Positions 26,094 to 35,264 of a DNA stretch of 42,509 bases are shown piece after piece. The notes beneath the pieces were generated by a model. It did no database searches. It had not been told where the DNA came from and was given only the letters and a program-made list of their open reading frames with translations. The position numbers and the translations under genes are program-made. Every line of letters begins with the position of its first letter. The first letter of the stretch is position 1. The stretch comes from a virus: the IMG/VR virus record IMGVR_UViG_3300045988_081127, positions 1 through 42,509 of that record. One strand, 5' to 3'.

Positions 26094-26531
26094 TTATTCC
26101 TTCGTTAAATTCTTTTGAGGCATCGGGTCATCACCCGTTTTCTCATCGGCGTGGTCAATCGCGAAATTTAAGCCCTGCGCCTCGCTCTTCTTTTCCTTGA
26201 TGCGCCCGGACGCGAACCACGGGCCATAAGCCTGACCGAGTTCGGCCTTCACCTGCTCCCACAAAGCGCGATCGACAACCGTCACGCCGTAGCCCCCGGC
26301 GGGCAGTGCGCCGCCTGAGGCGTTCGCGAGATATACGCCGTTGCCGTTGATGGTGACGCTCTTGCCGTTACTCAGCGTGAATTTCTGCGAGATACGTGAG
26401 CGGAAAAGGATCGTGACGGTATCGGACGTCTTGGCAGTGTTGCCGACGCTTACCGTGGCGCCGTCTTCGCTGATTACCTTCACTTTCGGAGCGCCCGGAG
26501 CACGCTTTACCTTAGTTTCCTGATTGGCCAT
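26094..26531 (-). CDS. Hypothetical structural protein (145 aa)
   Basis: Assigned by its position after the capsid gene. Confidence 0.45.
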   Translation of the reverse strand: MANQETKVKRAPGAPKVKVISEDGATVSVGNTAKTSDTVTILFRSRISQKFTLSNGKSVTINGNGVYLANASGGALPAGGYGVTVVDRALWEQVKAELGQAYGPWFASGRIKEKKSEAQGLNFAIDHADEKTGDDPMPQKNLTKE

Positions 26532-26556
26532 TTTTTGTGTTTCCTTAAATATTGAA

Positions 26557-26580
26557 CGGGGAGAGCGTCAGCCCTCCCCG
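26557..26580 (-). terminator. Hairpin downstream of the capsid gene (possible attenuator)
   Basis: 7-bp CGGGGAG/CTCCCCG stem. The minus-strand downstream tract is only moderately T-rich. Confidence 0.35.
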
Positions 26581-26622
26581 GGGCATTATCAATTTGACAG
26601 CATTGTCAAAATGATACGGCCG

Positions 26623-27645
26623 TTACGCCTTCTGAATACCCGTCATCGTCGCAACAGCGAACGGACGGAACAGCAGACAGCCGGTAGTAGACGATGCCCA
26701 CTTCTGAGACATGGAGGAGTGCTCGACGAGAACCGGATAGGTCTTCAGCTTTTCAAGGAAGCCGAATTTAGCCGTAGGCCGTCCTGCGATTTCCGTCGCG
26801 ATCAACATGGCTTTGCACACGCCCGTGTCATCCTGCAACTGCGGGAGAGAAATAATCTCAAGGCCCGGGAAGAAGCCTTTAAGGGTCTGCAAAACCGGCG
26901 CCACACCGAGCGTCGTCGTCTTGGCCAACTGACCCATAATGGACGGCGGCACCACCAGTTTGAGCTTGCTATTAAAGCTCACGTAGCCATTGGACGCGGC
27001 GGCGATCTGATTTAACATTGCAAGAATGTCGTTATAAATCGCGTTCGCGTCCTTGTCGGCCCATGCCGTCTTTGTGTCGACGGTAGCGGGCGACAGAGCG
27101 GCGGGCAGTGCGGGGTCATTCAGCAGGCCATAAATGGACATACCGGCCACGCCAAAAAGGTTGTAGTTGTTGGCGTCGATTTCGATCGCGGTTGCCGCGG
27201 CGCGCTGTTTTTCAGACAGCAGATTGATCTTCTGAGCCGTCGCGATATCTTCTTCCAAGTCGCCGATCTGAATGAACGTTTGGAATTTGTAGGTCTCGCG
27301 GGTCACCTGCTCAATGTTGGCCTCAGACAGCAGGCCGCGACCGTAGTCGCTGTATGCCGTCGTCTGACCAACGTATTCGACCGCCGGGAACATCGTCTGA
27401 ACGTCCTTCCAGTCGCCGCGCTTTTCTTCAGAGAAAATCTCCGTAGAGTTGCGGGGTGCCTGAAGGATTTCGACAATCTCAGGGCTATAGTAGGTTGCAA
27501 AGAGTGCGGGGGTCTGCACGTTGGCGACGGTCTGCAAAGCAGCATCCATCGCGATATCGGCAGTGCCGTCCTGAGTCGGAAGAAAACGCCCGTTGCCTTT
27601 GCACAGGTCAAAGCCAAGGCGCTCCATGGTTTCACTTCGTGCCAT
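26623..27645 (-). CDS. Major capsid protein
   Basis: Trimmed to ATG 27645 (AAGGTGG SD; the track M1 is TTG). About 340 aa, after the scaffold/protease and a decoration-like gene. Confidence 0.7.
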   Translation of the reverse strand: MARSETMERLGFDLCKGNGRFLPTQDGTADIAMDAALQTVANVQTPALFATYYSPEIVEILQAPRNSTEIFSEEKRGDWKDVQTMFPAVEYVGQTTAYSDYGRGLLSEANIEQVTRETYKFQTFIQIGDLEEDIATAQKINLLSEKQRAAATAIEIDANNYNLFGVAGMSIYGLLNDPALPAALSPATVDTKTAWADKDANAIYNDILAMLNQIAAASNGYVSFNSKLKLVVPPSIMGQLAKTTTLGVAPVLQTLKGFFPGLEIISLPQLQDDTGVCKAMLIATEIAGRPTAKFGFLEKLKTYPVLVEHSSMSQKWASSTTGCLLFRPFAVATMTGIQKA

Positions 27646-27669
27646 TTCTAATCCACCTTTCAAAAAATA

Positions 27670-28185
27670 TTAAGCCGTAGCCATCGGAGGCACGACATTG
27701 GGCTGCTGGTTGCTGATCAGCACAAGGGGCTTCGCTTCCGTGCCGAGCACATTCTCAACGACGAAATTCGTCATCGTGTAGCCGTCCTTCTTGGCGTTGC
27801 CCGTCTGCGTCGTGACAGAGCCGTCAGTCTGAGAGGCGAGAACGTAATCACCCACCTTGGCATTCGCATTCTGCGCGACAACCCAAAACTTGCCATTCGT
27901 GGCGATCTGAGCGAACCCACCCTTAGGAATGGTCATCGCATTAGCGGCAGTCACTTCGCCCGTGATGTACTGGCGGGTGTAAACGACGATGCCGCGCAGG
28001 ATGCCGGGTCCGGCTTTATTGACCTTCGTCCCGGCGGCGGTAGCGTCTGCGAAGCAGAAATTACCAACCGTCAGCTCAGAGGCGGCCTGATAGGTCTGCG
28101 CCGTGTAGTGCGTCTCGACAACGCTCGCGGGCATACCCGCAATCGCGGGGGCAAGCCCCACATTTACTTTGGACTGGAGAGCCAT
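27670..28185 (-). CDS. Head decoration/cement-like structural protein
   Basis: 171 aa, between the scaffold and capsid genes. Confidence 0.45.
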   Translation of the reverse strand: MALQSKVNVGLAPAIAGMPASVVETHYTAQTYQAASELTVGNFCFADATAAGTKVNKAGPGILRGIVVYTRQYITGEVTAANAMTIPKGGFAQIATNGKFWVVAQNANAKVGDYVLASQTDGSVTTQTGNAKKDGYTMTNFVVENVLGTEAKPLVLISNQQPNVVPPMATA

Positions 28186-28197
28186 TTGCCCATCTCC

Positions 28198-29364
28198 TTA
28201 TCGAATGAACTGCTTCAAAAAATCCTCGTCGCTCTTGGGCGCCGAATCCATTGCGCCGCTCGGGGCGGCGGTCTTGACCGACTGCAAAGCGGCGAAAACG
28301 TGCTTAGCCGCGCTTGCCGGGACGTTCTTGACGCCCATGGTCTTTACGGCATCAAGATAGATCGCGTCGGCGCTATCGTAGGCCATCGGGTCGACGTTGC
28401 CCAGCACGGACTTAACCTCGGTCGCCGCGCGGTACTGCGCAGACAACTGCCCGCGCACCGTCTTGGCAATCAAGGCCGCGTCCATGGCGCCGCCTTCGGG
28501 CTTGGGTTCGTCCTTGGGCTCGTCAGAGTCTTCGGCTTTGGCCTCGTCCTTGGGCTCGTCAGCGTCTTCGGCGCCTTCGGGCTTGGCAGGCTCTTCGTCT
28601 CGCGTGCCTTCCGTTTCCTGCACAGCCTCGTCGACCTTGCTTTCTTCGAACTTCGCGTGAGATTCAGCAAAAGCGCGCACAAGTGCGTCCTTCTGCTCGG
28701 GCGTCAGTTCAACGCCTGACTCGTCGATAGTCTTGCGTGCAAACTCCGTGAAGTCGTCACACGCCCCATCAACCTTTGTTTCTTCACTCATCGTGATTCC
28801 TCTCGGTTTTTCGTCTGAGACATAACAGTAGGGAGCTCTACCTTCGTGAACTAGTGCCACGTGATTGCAAGCGAGCTCGCGCATCACGAAGTCATAGGCA
28901 AGCCCGTCCGGAGTCTCCCCGGGCGTGAAATCGGGCTTATATCGGTATCCGCAACTGAGGTCACGCAGTGTGCCGTCCTCAATTGCCGAAATTGCTTTTT
29001 CATCCCATACGCTGAGCGCGTTGGTAATGTATGGCGGCTCCCACTTCGCGCTGGTGCCAACGGTGCCGACGCGTAATTCCTTGTTAGGGTGCTCGGCACT
29101 ATCAAACTTGTGTTCGATTAAAAGCGGCACGCCGTTGAATGTCGACAGTGCCGCCTTAAGCTCGTCAGGGTTACGCCATCCGTAATAAATCCGGTCAGGG
29201 TCTAACTGCCGCTCTTCCCAACCAGGAATCTCGCGCCCGTAGTAGGGCGCCACGTGGTCGCGGGTTAAATTCGATGTCTTGACCTGCAAAAAGCCGTTTT
29301 TGTCGCGCGTCCGCGCCGACTCCATCACAACCTTTTCATCAAGCGCTAAGAGTTCTTTTTCCAT
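28198..29364 (-). CDS. Prohead protease/scaffold-like protein
   Basis: N-domain resembles DUF2213-type head proteins. Central acidic repeats DADEPKDEAKAEDSDEPKDEPKPEG. Helical C-terminus. Confidence 0.55.
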   Translation of the reverse strand: MEKELLALDEKVVMESARTRDKNGFLQVKTSNLTRDHVAPYYGREIPGWEERQLDPDRIYYGWRNPDELKAALSTFNGVPLLIEHKFDSAEHPNKELRVGTVGTSAKWEPPYITNALSVWDEKAISAIEDGTLRDLSCGYRYKPDFTPGETPDGLAYDFVMRELACNHVALVHEGRAPYCYVSDEKPRGITMSEETKVDGACDDFTEFARKTIDESGVELTPEQKDALVRAFAESHAKFEESKVDEAVQETEGTRDEEPAKPEGAEDADEPKDEAKAEDSDEPKDEPKPEGGAMDAALIAKTVRGQLSAQYRAATEVKSVLGNVDPMAYDSADAIYLDAVKTMGVKNVPASAAKHVFAALQSVKTAAPSGAMDSAPKSDEDFLKQFIR

Positions 29365-31157
29365 AGCTTTCTACTCAGTAGTGGACGATACGTACACTGG
29401 CAGTTATGAACCACGGTATTATTAACAATGTACCAATTAACCGACGTTTGCAGGTTGTACACATGTCCAAAAAATTCACGGAATCGCACTTCGCTCACGC
29501 GGCTAAGGCCGTATCCGAAGGCAAGCGCCTCATTCAAATCGCAAAAGAGATCGGGTTTTCCGCCGACATCATCAGCAAGCACCTTCGGAAGCGAGGAATA
29601 GAAATCCCCGTTTACCGCCGCACGGGCGATCGCATCCAGCTGCCCGAGGATGAAATCATCACCATGTACCAAAGCGGACAATCCGAGCAGGCTATTGCCA
29701 AGCATTTCAACGTTTCCCGTCATGTCATCCGGCGAAGGCTCGAAAGAGCTGAGGTCAAAATGCGCGGGATTCAAGAAGCACAGCTTTTGCGTTTTGCTCA
29801 AGCTTCTGAAGAAGCTCGAAAAGCGATCACAAAGGCCGCCAATCTTGCCGTCACCGGAATTACTCACCCGCACGATGAACTCGTCCGATGGGCTCAATCC
29901 CGAGAGCAAACGGGCAAAGTCGGCCGCTTCGGCAAAGGAGAGGTCGAATTTGCCACATACCTGACTCAGCTCGGCATTGACTTCGTTCGTCAGAAGGCCG
30001 TAGACGTCTATAACGTCGACTTTGCCGTCGGACCCGTCGCCGTGGAATTGACCTGCGGAACCCTCAGATACCGAGGCGGGAACGCCGTCGAGAACAAGCG
30101 AATCAAAAAGCTCCTCGAATGTGGGTATAACCCGATCTGCGTTGAGTTCTCTGATGAGGGAGCAATCTGTCCGCTTTTTATGGATCAAATAATCTCCCTT
30201 GTCGAGAAGGCGCGCGGGCTTCCACCCTTTAAGCGTGAGTACTGGGTGATTCGGTGTCGCACTACACACTGTGCCGTCGTCCGTAATGAACTCGGCCAAT
30301 TTTCCCGTGTAGAGACGCCGATACAGCTTCATTGGGAATGGAAGATCGTTAAGCTTTGATTCCCCAACAAAACAGGCCGGCAATTCCCCGGGGAGGACGT
30401 AACGCCCAACATCGCGGTCGTAAAGTCCTTTTTTTAGGTCGAACTTTTTGCCGTCCATCGCCTTGTGAGTTTCGCGGCTCGTGTGTTTGCCGGGAACGTG
30501 AATCCATTCGCCCTGCTCTACGCCAACCTCAAGATCATTCGCGCGGCACAGGGCCTCAGTCGCCTTGTTGCACTGATCGCGGGCAATAAAGTCCGCGCGG
30601 CGCTGAGTGATGTCGTATCGCTTGGATAGTTCGGACTTAAGCCCCGCCACGTCTCGCCCGTCGGTCACGGCCCGCATTACTAGCCCTTCGACCTCTTGCA
30701 GGTATCGGGAACTGATGGACTTAATGAGCGACGTGTTGGCGTTCACAAGTGCGTCAAAAGCGTCTTGCGAAATCTGCCCCTTGTCAAAACGCAGGTCGAA
30801 CGCCTCAAACCCCGAAGCCCGTAGCGCTGAGTTCTGCGCCCGGTCGACGTGGTCGCGCGTCTTCCGCACGAACCAGTCCGCCGTGTCTTCGGCAAATTCC
30901 CGCGTGCTTTCCTCCCACTTCTTACGCATTCGATCAATGATCTTTTGCAAGCGCTCAGCGGGGGACTCACCCTTAGCGTCTTTCGCAATCTGAGGCTCGA
31001 CCTTGCGATATAGCCCCTCAAGCTCTTTGGCGACGTCTTGCGCCATCTGACGCACAAGCGCCCGCAGCTTCCCGGCGTACGCCTTCCGTAGCCCTGCATT
31101 AGGCCGCACGGCTCGTATGCGTACGTCAGTAGACTGCGCCCGCCTTGTCGATGTCAT
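29346..31157 (-). CDS. Head morphogenesis protein (Mu F / SPP1 gp7-like) interrupted by an intein
   Basis: N-extein residues 1-261 carry ...FIARDQCNKATEAL...WIHVPGKHTSRETHKAMDGKKF.... Hint blocks follow from C262. The C-extein is CQCTYRPL. Confidence 0.8.
   Translation of the reverse strand: MTSTRRAQSTDVRIRAVRPNAGLRKAYAGKLRALVRQMAQDVAKELEGLYRKVEPQIAKDAKGESPAERLQKIIDRMRKKWEESTREFAEDTADWFVRKTRDHVDRAQNSALRASGFEAFDLRFDKGQISQDAFDALVNANTSLIKSISSRYLQEVEGLVMRAVTDGRDVAGLKSELSKRYDITQRRADFIARDQCNKATEALCRANDLEVGVEQGEWIHVPGKHTSRETHKAMDGKKFDLKKGLYDRDVGRYVLPGELPACFVGESKLNDLPFPMKLYRRLYTGKLAEFITDDGTVCSATPNHPVLTLKGWKPARLLDKGDYLIHKKRTDCSLIRELNADRVIPTFEELFDSLVLDGVPASVSEGSAGQFHGDGSDGKVDVIDVYGLLTNEVNAELSQVCGKFDLSFAEAADFARLLSGLSPSDEFIVRVSNSGDGKIGGLCDRFSSFFRSLSKTQKLCFLNPAHFDLSSFEPSPDDMTGNVEMLGNSLLGLSALVHGDDFILGQLDAIARAAVNGDFYSSLPKVLADDVGGKPDLFCDLNEALAFGYGLSRVSEVRFREFFGHVYNLQTSVNWYIVNNTVVHNCQCTYRPLLSRKLWKKNS
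29403..30374 (-). mobile_element. Intein (324 aa, Cys1 ... His-Asn / Cys+1)
   Basis: CFVGESKL (block A), ATPNHPVLTLKGWKPARLLDKGDYL (block B), FFGHVYNLQTSVNWYIVNNTVVHN|C (blocks F/G). Codons checked against the DNA. Confidence 0.8.
29406..30359 (+). CDS. Antisense ORF inside the intein: HTH-HTH + Vsr/PD-(D/E)xK-like endonuclease candidate (alternative start 29463)
   Basis: LIQIAKEIGFSADIISKHLRKRGI and SEQAIAKHFNVSRHVIRRRLERA are HTH-like units. GEVEFATYLTQLGIDFVRQKAVDVYNVDFAVGPVAVELTCG...ENKRIKKLLECGY is a nuclease-like core. C-ending codon bias. No clear SD. Confidence 0.5.
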   Translation: MNHGIINNVPINRRLQVVHMSKKFTESHFAHAAKAVSEGKRLIQIAKEIGFSADIISKHLRKRGIEIPVYRRTGDRIQLPEDEIITMYQSGQSEQAIAKHFNVSRHVIRRRLERAEVKMRGIQEAQLLRFAQASEEARKAITKAANLAVTGITHPHDELVRWAQSREQTGKVGRFGKGEVEFATYLTQLGIDFVRQKAVDVYNVDFAVGPVAVELTCGTLRYRGGNAVENKRIKKLLECGYNPICVEFSDEGAICPLFMDQIISLVEKARGLPPFKREYWVIRCRTTHCAVVRNELGQFSRVETPIQLHWEWKIVKL

Positions 31158-32613
31158 CGCGCTCCTCCGTGGTCGTGCTGCTCATTTGGCCAAACGGGTC
31201 CTCAGGCGCCCCCGGGGCTTCACCCTCAAGGTCGCCATACGGATGGTCCTTGGCATTACTCAACGCCGCGCGGACTTCGTCCTCCGAGAGGACTCCACGG
31301 TCTAGATAGACGGCGGCCGTGTCGGCCATCATCTTCTTGACCTCTGCCGTCGTGCGCTCGTCATCTTCGTCCAGTGAGCAGAATTCGAAGCTAAGACTAG
31401 GATCAATATCGCCGAAAAGATTGATCTGCAAAATGCGCAGAATCGCCTCAAGCGGGCGCCGCAGTATCTTTTCCTGCCGCGTGGAGATTAAGTCGGCCTG
31501 CAACTTAATGTCGCTCTCGCCCGTGGCGTTAAAGCCCGACGGCGACAGGCCCAGCGTCTTCACTACACCGCTTTGGTTGACGGACACGACGAACTCAAGC
31601 GACTGGCGCACGATATCAGTCAGGCCGGTAATCGGCGTGTTGACCTGTACAAAGTCTTCTTTGTCCTTATCGAGAAGGCCAACGCCGCTATTGTCGCGGA
31701 ACTTCGCAAAGAACTTCACGCGGTCGCTCACCGGTTGCCACGACTTGCGGGCAAAAAGCTGAGCGCCCAAATCCGTTTTAATGAAGCTCGTCGAGAACTT
31801 TGTCAGAAGGGTATTAACCTCCTCGCGGTTCTTGCGGAAGTGCGTCACGTAGTCCGAAAGCAATTGAGCCTGAGCGATTCCGAAGAAGTTATAAGAGGGC
31901 TTAAGTAAGTCCGGCACCTCGTTTTCCACAAGGCGGATCAGGCGCGACGTATGCACCGCCGTTCCCATGATGTAAAACACCGCGGGTTTGTAAAAGTCTT
32001 CTTTCAACGGGTCAGACGCGTTAAAGCTCTGCGGCGTCGTAAAGATCGGATCAATGACGCGGAACGCGACGCGGTCTTTGAGCTCAGTCGAGCGCGCTGT
32101 CTTGTTAAGCACCTCGTCCGGCTTGGCGTGCCCCGTGTCGATAAACACGAAGGCGCCGCCCATCATGCCCATGGTCGTCAGCGCCTTATAAAGCGTATCG
32201 CGCAACCCGATGCGGTCAATCTCTTCCTCTAGTGCCTTCTTGCGCTTGTCATCATCACACTTGATTTCAATCCACGCCCGCAACATTTCATCGGTGCGGG
32301 TCTGAATGCACAGGCGAATGAGCGCGTCTTGCGAAAGCTGTTGCAAAACGCCGTAGCCCACAAAGCTGACAAGGCTTGAGATTGCTGACCATTCGAACTT
32401 AGGCACAATGCCGCCCGAAAAAGCCGCGTCCATAGCACCATCCAGCTTTTTATAGTGCGCTTTAGACCCTGCGAGAGATCGCGCGGGTTTGAGCAGTTCG
32501 CGAATGTCCTTCTCTTGCGGGATAGCGTCGACAACCGTCGCGGTGCCGTCGTAGTCGCCGGAGACCTCAAAGCCAGAGGCCGGGCGTTTCGTCTTCCGAG
32601 ATTTTGAAGCCAT
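31126..32613 (-). CDS. Portal protein
   Basis: 495 aa between the large terminase and the Mu F-like gene. Acidic C-tail. Confidence 0.75.
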   Translation of the reverse strand: MASKSRKTKRPASGFEVSGDYDGTATVVDAIPQEKDIRELLKPARSLAGSKAHYKKLDGAMDAAFSGGIVPKFEWSAISSLVSFVGYGVLQQLSQDALIRLCIQTRTDEMLRAWIEIKCDDDKRKKALEEEIDRIGLRDTLYKALTTMGMMGGAFVFIDTGHAKPDEVLNKTARSTELKDRVAFRVIDPIFTTPQSFNASDPLKEDFYKPAVFYIMGTAVHTSRLIRLVENEVPDLLKPSYNFFGIAQAQLLSDYVTHFRKNREEVNTLLTKFSTSFIKTDLGAQLFARKSWQPVSDRVKFFAKFRDNSGVGLLDKDKEDFVQVNTPITGLTDIVRQSLEFVVSVNQSGVVKTLGLSPSGFNATGESDIKLQADLISTRQEKILRRPLEAILRILQINLFGDIDPSLSFEFCSLDEDDERTTAEVKKMMADTAAVYLDRGVLSEDEVRAALSNAKDHPYGDLEGEAPGAPEDPFGQMSSTTTEERDDIDKAGAVY

Positions 32614-33781
32614 AACCTCGCGCCTTTATGTAGTCGGATAGGCTATACCTAAGTCCGTCAATTATATGATTGTTTTTGTCTAAGACGACCGGCAGTACCT
32701 CGCCAGTCAGTCTATCCGTTTTGTAAGCGTAAAGCCTGAACTCGTCCGCAGTATGCACGCACCGCGGGTCAATAATGACCTTGTCAAAGCTGCGGATAAA
32801 GTTAATGCCTTCCTCGATGCTCTCCGGCCATTTCTCGGCGCCCTCGATGTTGAACCCGTGGCGCTTCAGATAGCTGATAGTCTCAGGCCGAGCGCAGTCC
32901 GCCTTAATTGGCCATTTCGTCGACTCCGGCACCGAGCGATACAGCTGAGGCATTTCGTCGATTTCAACCCCGACGCCGTAAGCCTCATGGTCAATATACA
33001 GGCGGTTATCCAAGATAAAGCACCGAACCAATGTCGACGGGTCACGCGCAAAACCAAAGTCGGCGCCGAAAAACAGCCGGTCTGCCTGTTGCCAAAGATC
33101 GTCCGGGATCGTCTCAACGACGTACTTGCCGCGGAAAATCTGCGCCCCGCTGATGGTGAGCGGGAAGCCTTCCCAAATGTGCAAATACTTTTCGTAATCG
33201 TTCGCCTTGTCCCATTCCATCTGCTCGCGCAGAACTTCAGGGAAATACGGGTTGTCCGTGTAATTGACCTTGCGGACGTAGGCGCCCGGGGGCGGTGCCT
33301 CTAGAAAATCGTTCGTTGGGTCGTCGACCGTGAGCGGGTTGAACGTTAGCCACAACTCTGATCCCGGCTTACGGATGGTCGGAATCAGCACGTCCCACGA
33401 CTTACGCGAGACGGATGACGCCTCCTCAATCCAGCAGATATCAATGCCTTCCTTTGACCTAATCGAGTTCTCATTGCGCAACAGGCCGGAGAAGATAAAG
33501 CGGCTACCGGTGCGCCTATGCTCAATCTCCGACTCTTTGAAGTCGAAGCGGTCAAATAGGCCCATGCGCTCCGCTGTATCTTTCAGCGTCTGATACGACG
33601 AGTCGCGGATTGAGTTCTGCACCTCGCGACAACACAAAATGCGCACCCGACCGAAATCAGCCATGGCAATGAGCGCGCGTGCGACTGCCCAGCTCTTGCC
33701 ACTGCCTCGGCCTCCGTAAAAGACCTTGTATCTGTGCGGCCTGTACAGTTCTGCGAAAGGGGCGGCGCTTCCGGTTGTCAT
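32567..33781 (-). CDS. terL: Terminase large subunit (PBSX/XtmB-like)
   Basis: Walker A YGGRGSGKSWA, CWIEEAS Walker B-like motif, C-terminal nuclease half. Confidence 0.85.
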   Translation of the reverse strand: MTTGSAAPFAELYRPHRYKVFYGGRGSGKSWAVARALIAMADFGRVRILCCREVQNSIRDSSYQTLKDTAERMGLFDRFDFKESEIEHRRTGSRFIFSGLLRNENSIRSKEGIDICWIEEASSVSRKSWDVLIPTIRKPGSELWLTFNPLTVDDPTNDFLEAPPPGAYVRKVNYTDNPYFPEVLREQMEWDKANDYEKYLHIWEGFPLTISGAQIFRGKYVVETIPDDLWQQADRLFFGADFGFARDPSTLVRCFILDNRLYIDHEAYGVGVEIDEMPQLYRSVPESTKWPIKADCARPETISYLKRHGFNIEGAEKWPESIEEGINFIRSFDKVIIDPRCVHTADEFRLYAYKTDRLTGEVLPVVLDKNNHIIDGLRYSLSDYIKARGYGFKISEDETPGLWL

Positions 33782-34149
33782 TACTTTTTACCGCGTGCGA
33801 GCGCGTTATAAATATCCTGCAAACCCTCAGGCGGTTTCTCGGTTGTCGTCATTTCGCCTTCGAGGCGCTGAGTTTCCTTCCAACCGCATCGAGCCTTTAA
33901 GTAAAAGATGATCGACGCCGTATCGCCTGATGCGATCTTTTCCATCAACTTGCTACCGACGAATAGATTGGCTTTAGCCCGACCTCTTTTTATCGCTTGT
34001 GCAAATTGTTCATTTTCTTGCTTCCGTCTTCTCAGCGTGCAGTAGGAAACACCGAGCGCCAGCGCAATATCCTCCTCAGAACTGCAAATACGGGCGGCCT
34101 GCTCCACCTTTTCAAGGTCGATCGGCATTCTTGCCCCTTTTGGTCTCAT
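33781..34149 (-). CDS. terS: Terminase small subunit (HTH)
   Basis: Trimmed to ATG 34149 (GGAGG SD). IALALGVSYCTLRRRKQENEQFAQAIKRGRAKA is an HTH. TAATG coupling to terL. Confidence 0.65.
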   Translation of the reverse strand: MRPKGARMPIDLEKVEQAARICSSEEDIALALGVSYCTLRRRKQENEQFAQAIKRGRAKANLFVGSKLMEKIASGDTASIIFYLKARCGWKETQRLEGEMTTTEKPPEGLQDIYNALARGKK

Positions 34150-34189
34150 TGCGCCTCCTATGGCTGGTGCGTCTGTGCCGGGCATCCGA

Positions 34190-34849
34190 TCATCGCACCG
34201 CAAGGTACTTATGCACCTGTACGGATACGCGCCAGTCGTTTGCCATGGCGGTATCCACACAGAGTCTCGTAGCCTCGGCCCCCTGAGATATCGGCTGAAG
34301 ATAGATCAGCGCGCCCGGGGCGTGGCTCAGACAGTTTCGCAACTGGTCGATTTCCTTTTGCGTCGCCACGGCCATTTTAATTTCGTTGGCTCGGGCAAGT
34401 GCTTCGGGGAGCACCTTGCGCCCGCCAGCTTGGTCGATCTTTGGGCTAACAGTAACCCAAACGGTTTTACTGACGTTCCCGATCGGCTCGGTGCCGCTTG
34501 TTTCGATTTGAACCGTGCGGCCCTGCTTTTCGAGTAAGTCGCAAAGCGGCGCGAGATCAAACAGACAGGGTTCGCCGCCCGTCATTACAACGTGCTTGAC
34601 CTTCGGGAACTTCTCGGCGATCGTTGCCGCCAGCTCCTCTGCCGTCGTCGTTGCGTAATGAGCGCAGTCCGCTTTTTGCAGGGCGAAGCTCAGAGGCTTG
34701 TCGTTCGGTTCTCCGAGCTTCCATGTATGTTTAGTATCGCAGAAGGAACACTGACATTTGCACCCCTGAAATCGAATAAAGACAGAGGGCGTGCCCGTGT
34801 ACGAGCCTTCACCCTGAATAGAGGCAAAAAGCTCATTTATATAAAGCAC
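34190..34849 (-). CDS. queE: 7-carboxy-7-deazaguanine synthase (radical SAM)
   Basis: LFASIQGEGSYTGTPSVFIRFQGCKCQCSFCDTKHTW N-terminal signature. Confidence 0.85.
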   Translation of the reverse strand: MLYINELFASIQGEGSYTGTPSVFIRFQGCKCQCSFCDTKHTWKLGEPNDKPLSFALQKADCAHYATTTAEELAATIAEKFPKVKHVVMTGGEPCLFDLAPLCDLLEKQGRTVQIETSGTEPIGNVSKTVWVTVSPKIDQAGGRKVLPEALARANEIKMAVATQKEIDQLRNCLSHAPGALIYLQPISQGAEATRLCVDTAMANDWRVSVQVHKYLAVR

Positions 34850-35264
34850 TGAACAGCCTCCATTCAGCAGAACATTTCCGCGTCTCCTCGACGATGCATC
34901 GCGTCACCGTGACGCCCGTATCCTTCAGGACGATCGGGGCGACGATGGTCGCGAGGTGCTGCGCAAGGTTCTCGGCGGTCGGATTGAACGGCACCACGAC
35001 AACCGTCGGATCGAGCTTCTTAAGCGCGTCGGCGAGCGGGTCGTTTTCCCACACAAGGAAATGATGATCCCACGTCGCCTCAAGCCACTGGCAGAGGGTC
35101 GACTTAATCACAGAGAAGTCAATAACGCGACCCACGCCGTCAAGGTCACCGGCACACTCGAATGTGATGCGGTAATTGTGCCCGTGAAGGTGGGCGCACT
35201 TGGATTCATGCCCGTAGACACGATGCCCACAGGAAATATCGTGATATCGAGTACAAACGATCAT
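34833..35264 (-). CDS. queD: 6-carboxytetrahydropterin synthase
   Basis: Trimmed to ATG 35264 (ATGA overlap with the queC stop). SCGHRVYGHESKCAHLHGHNY motif. Confidence 0.85.
   Translation of the reverse strand: MIVCTRYHDISCGHRVYGHESKCAHLHGHNYRITFECAGDLDGVGRVIDFSVIKSTLCQWLEATWDHHFLVWENDPLADALKKLDPTVVVVPFNPTAENLAQHLATIVAPIVLKDTGVTVTRCIVEETRKCSAEWRLFSALYK

Noticed and set aside
29403-30374. LAGLIDADG-like motifs on the intein sense strand (GQFHGDGSDG, LGLSALVHGDDF, ~125 aa apart)
   Set aside because: These are only weak matches in an otherwise low-complexity stretch that is the mirror of a more convincing plus-strand protein. Kept as the alternative hypothesis to test, not called as a domain.
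34150-34260. 5' extension of the small terminase ORF overlapping the queE 3' end
   Set aside because: The internal ATG 34149 has a GGAGG SD 5 nt upstream, and the extension has no support.
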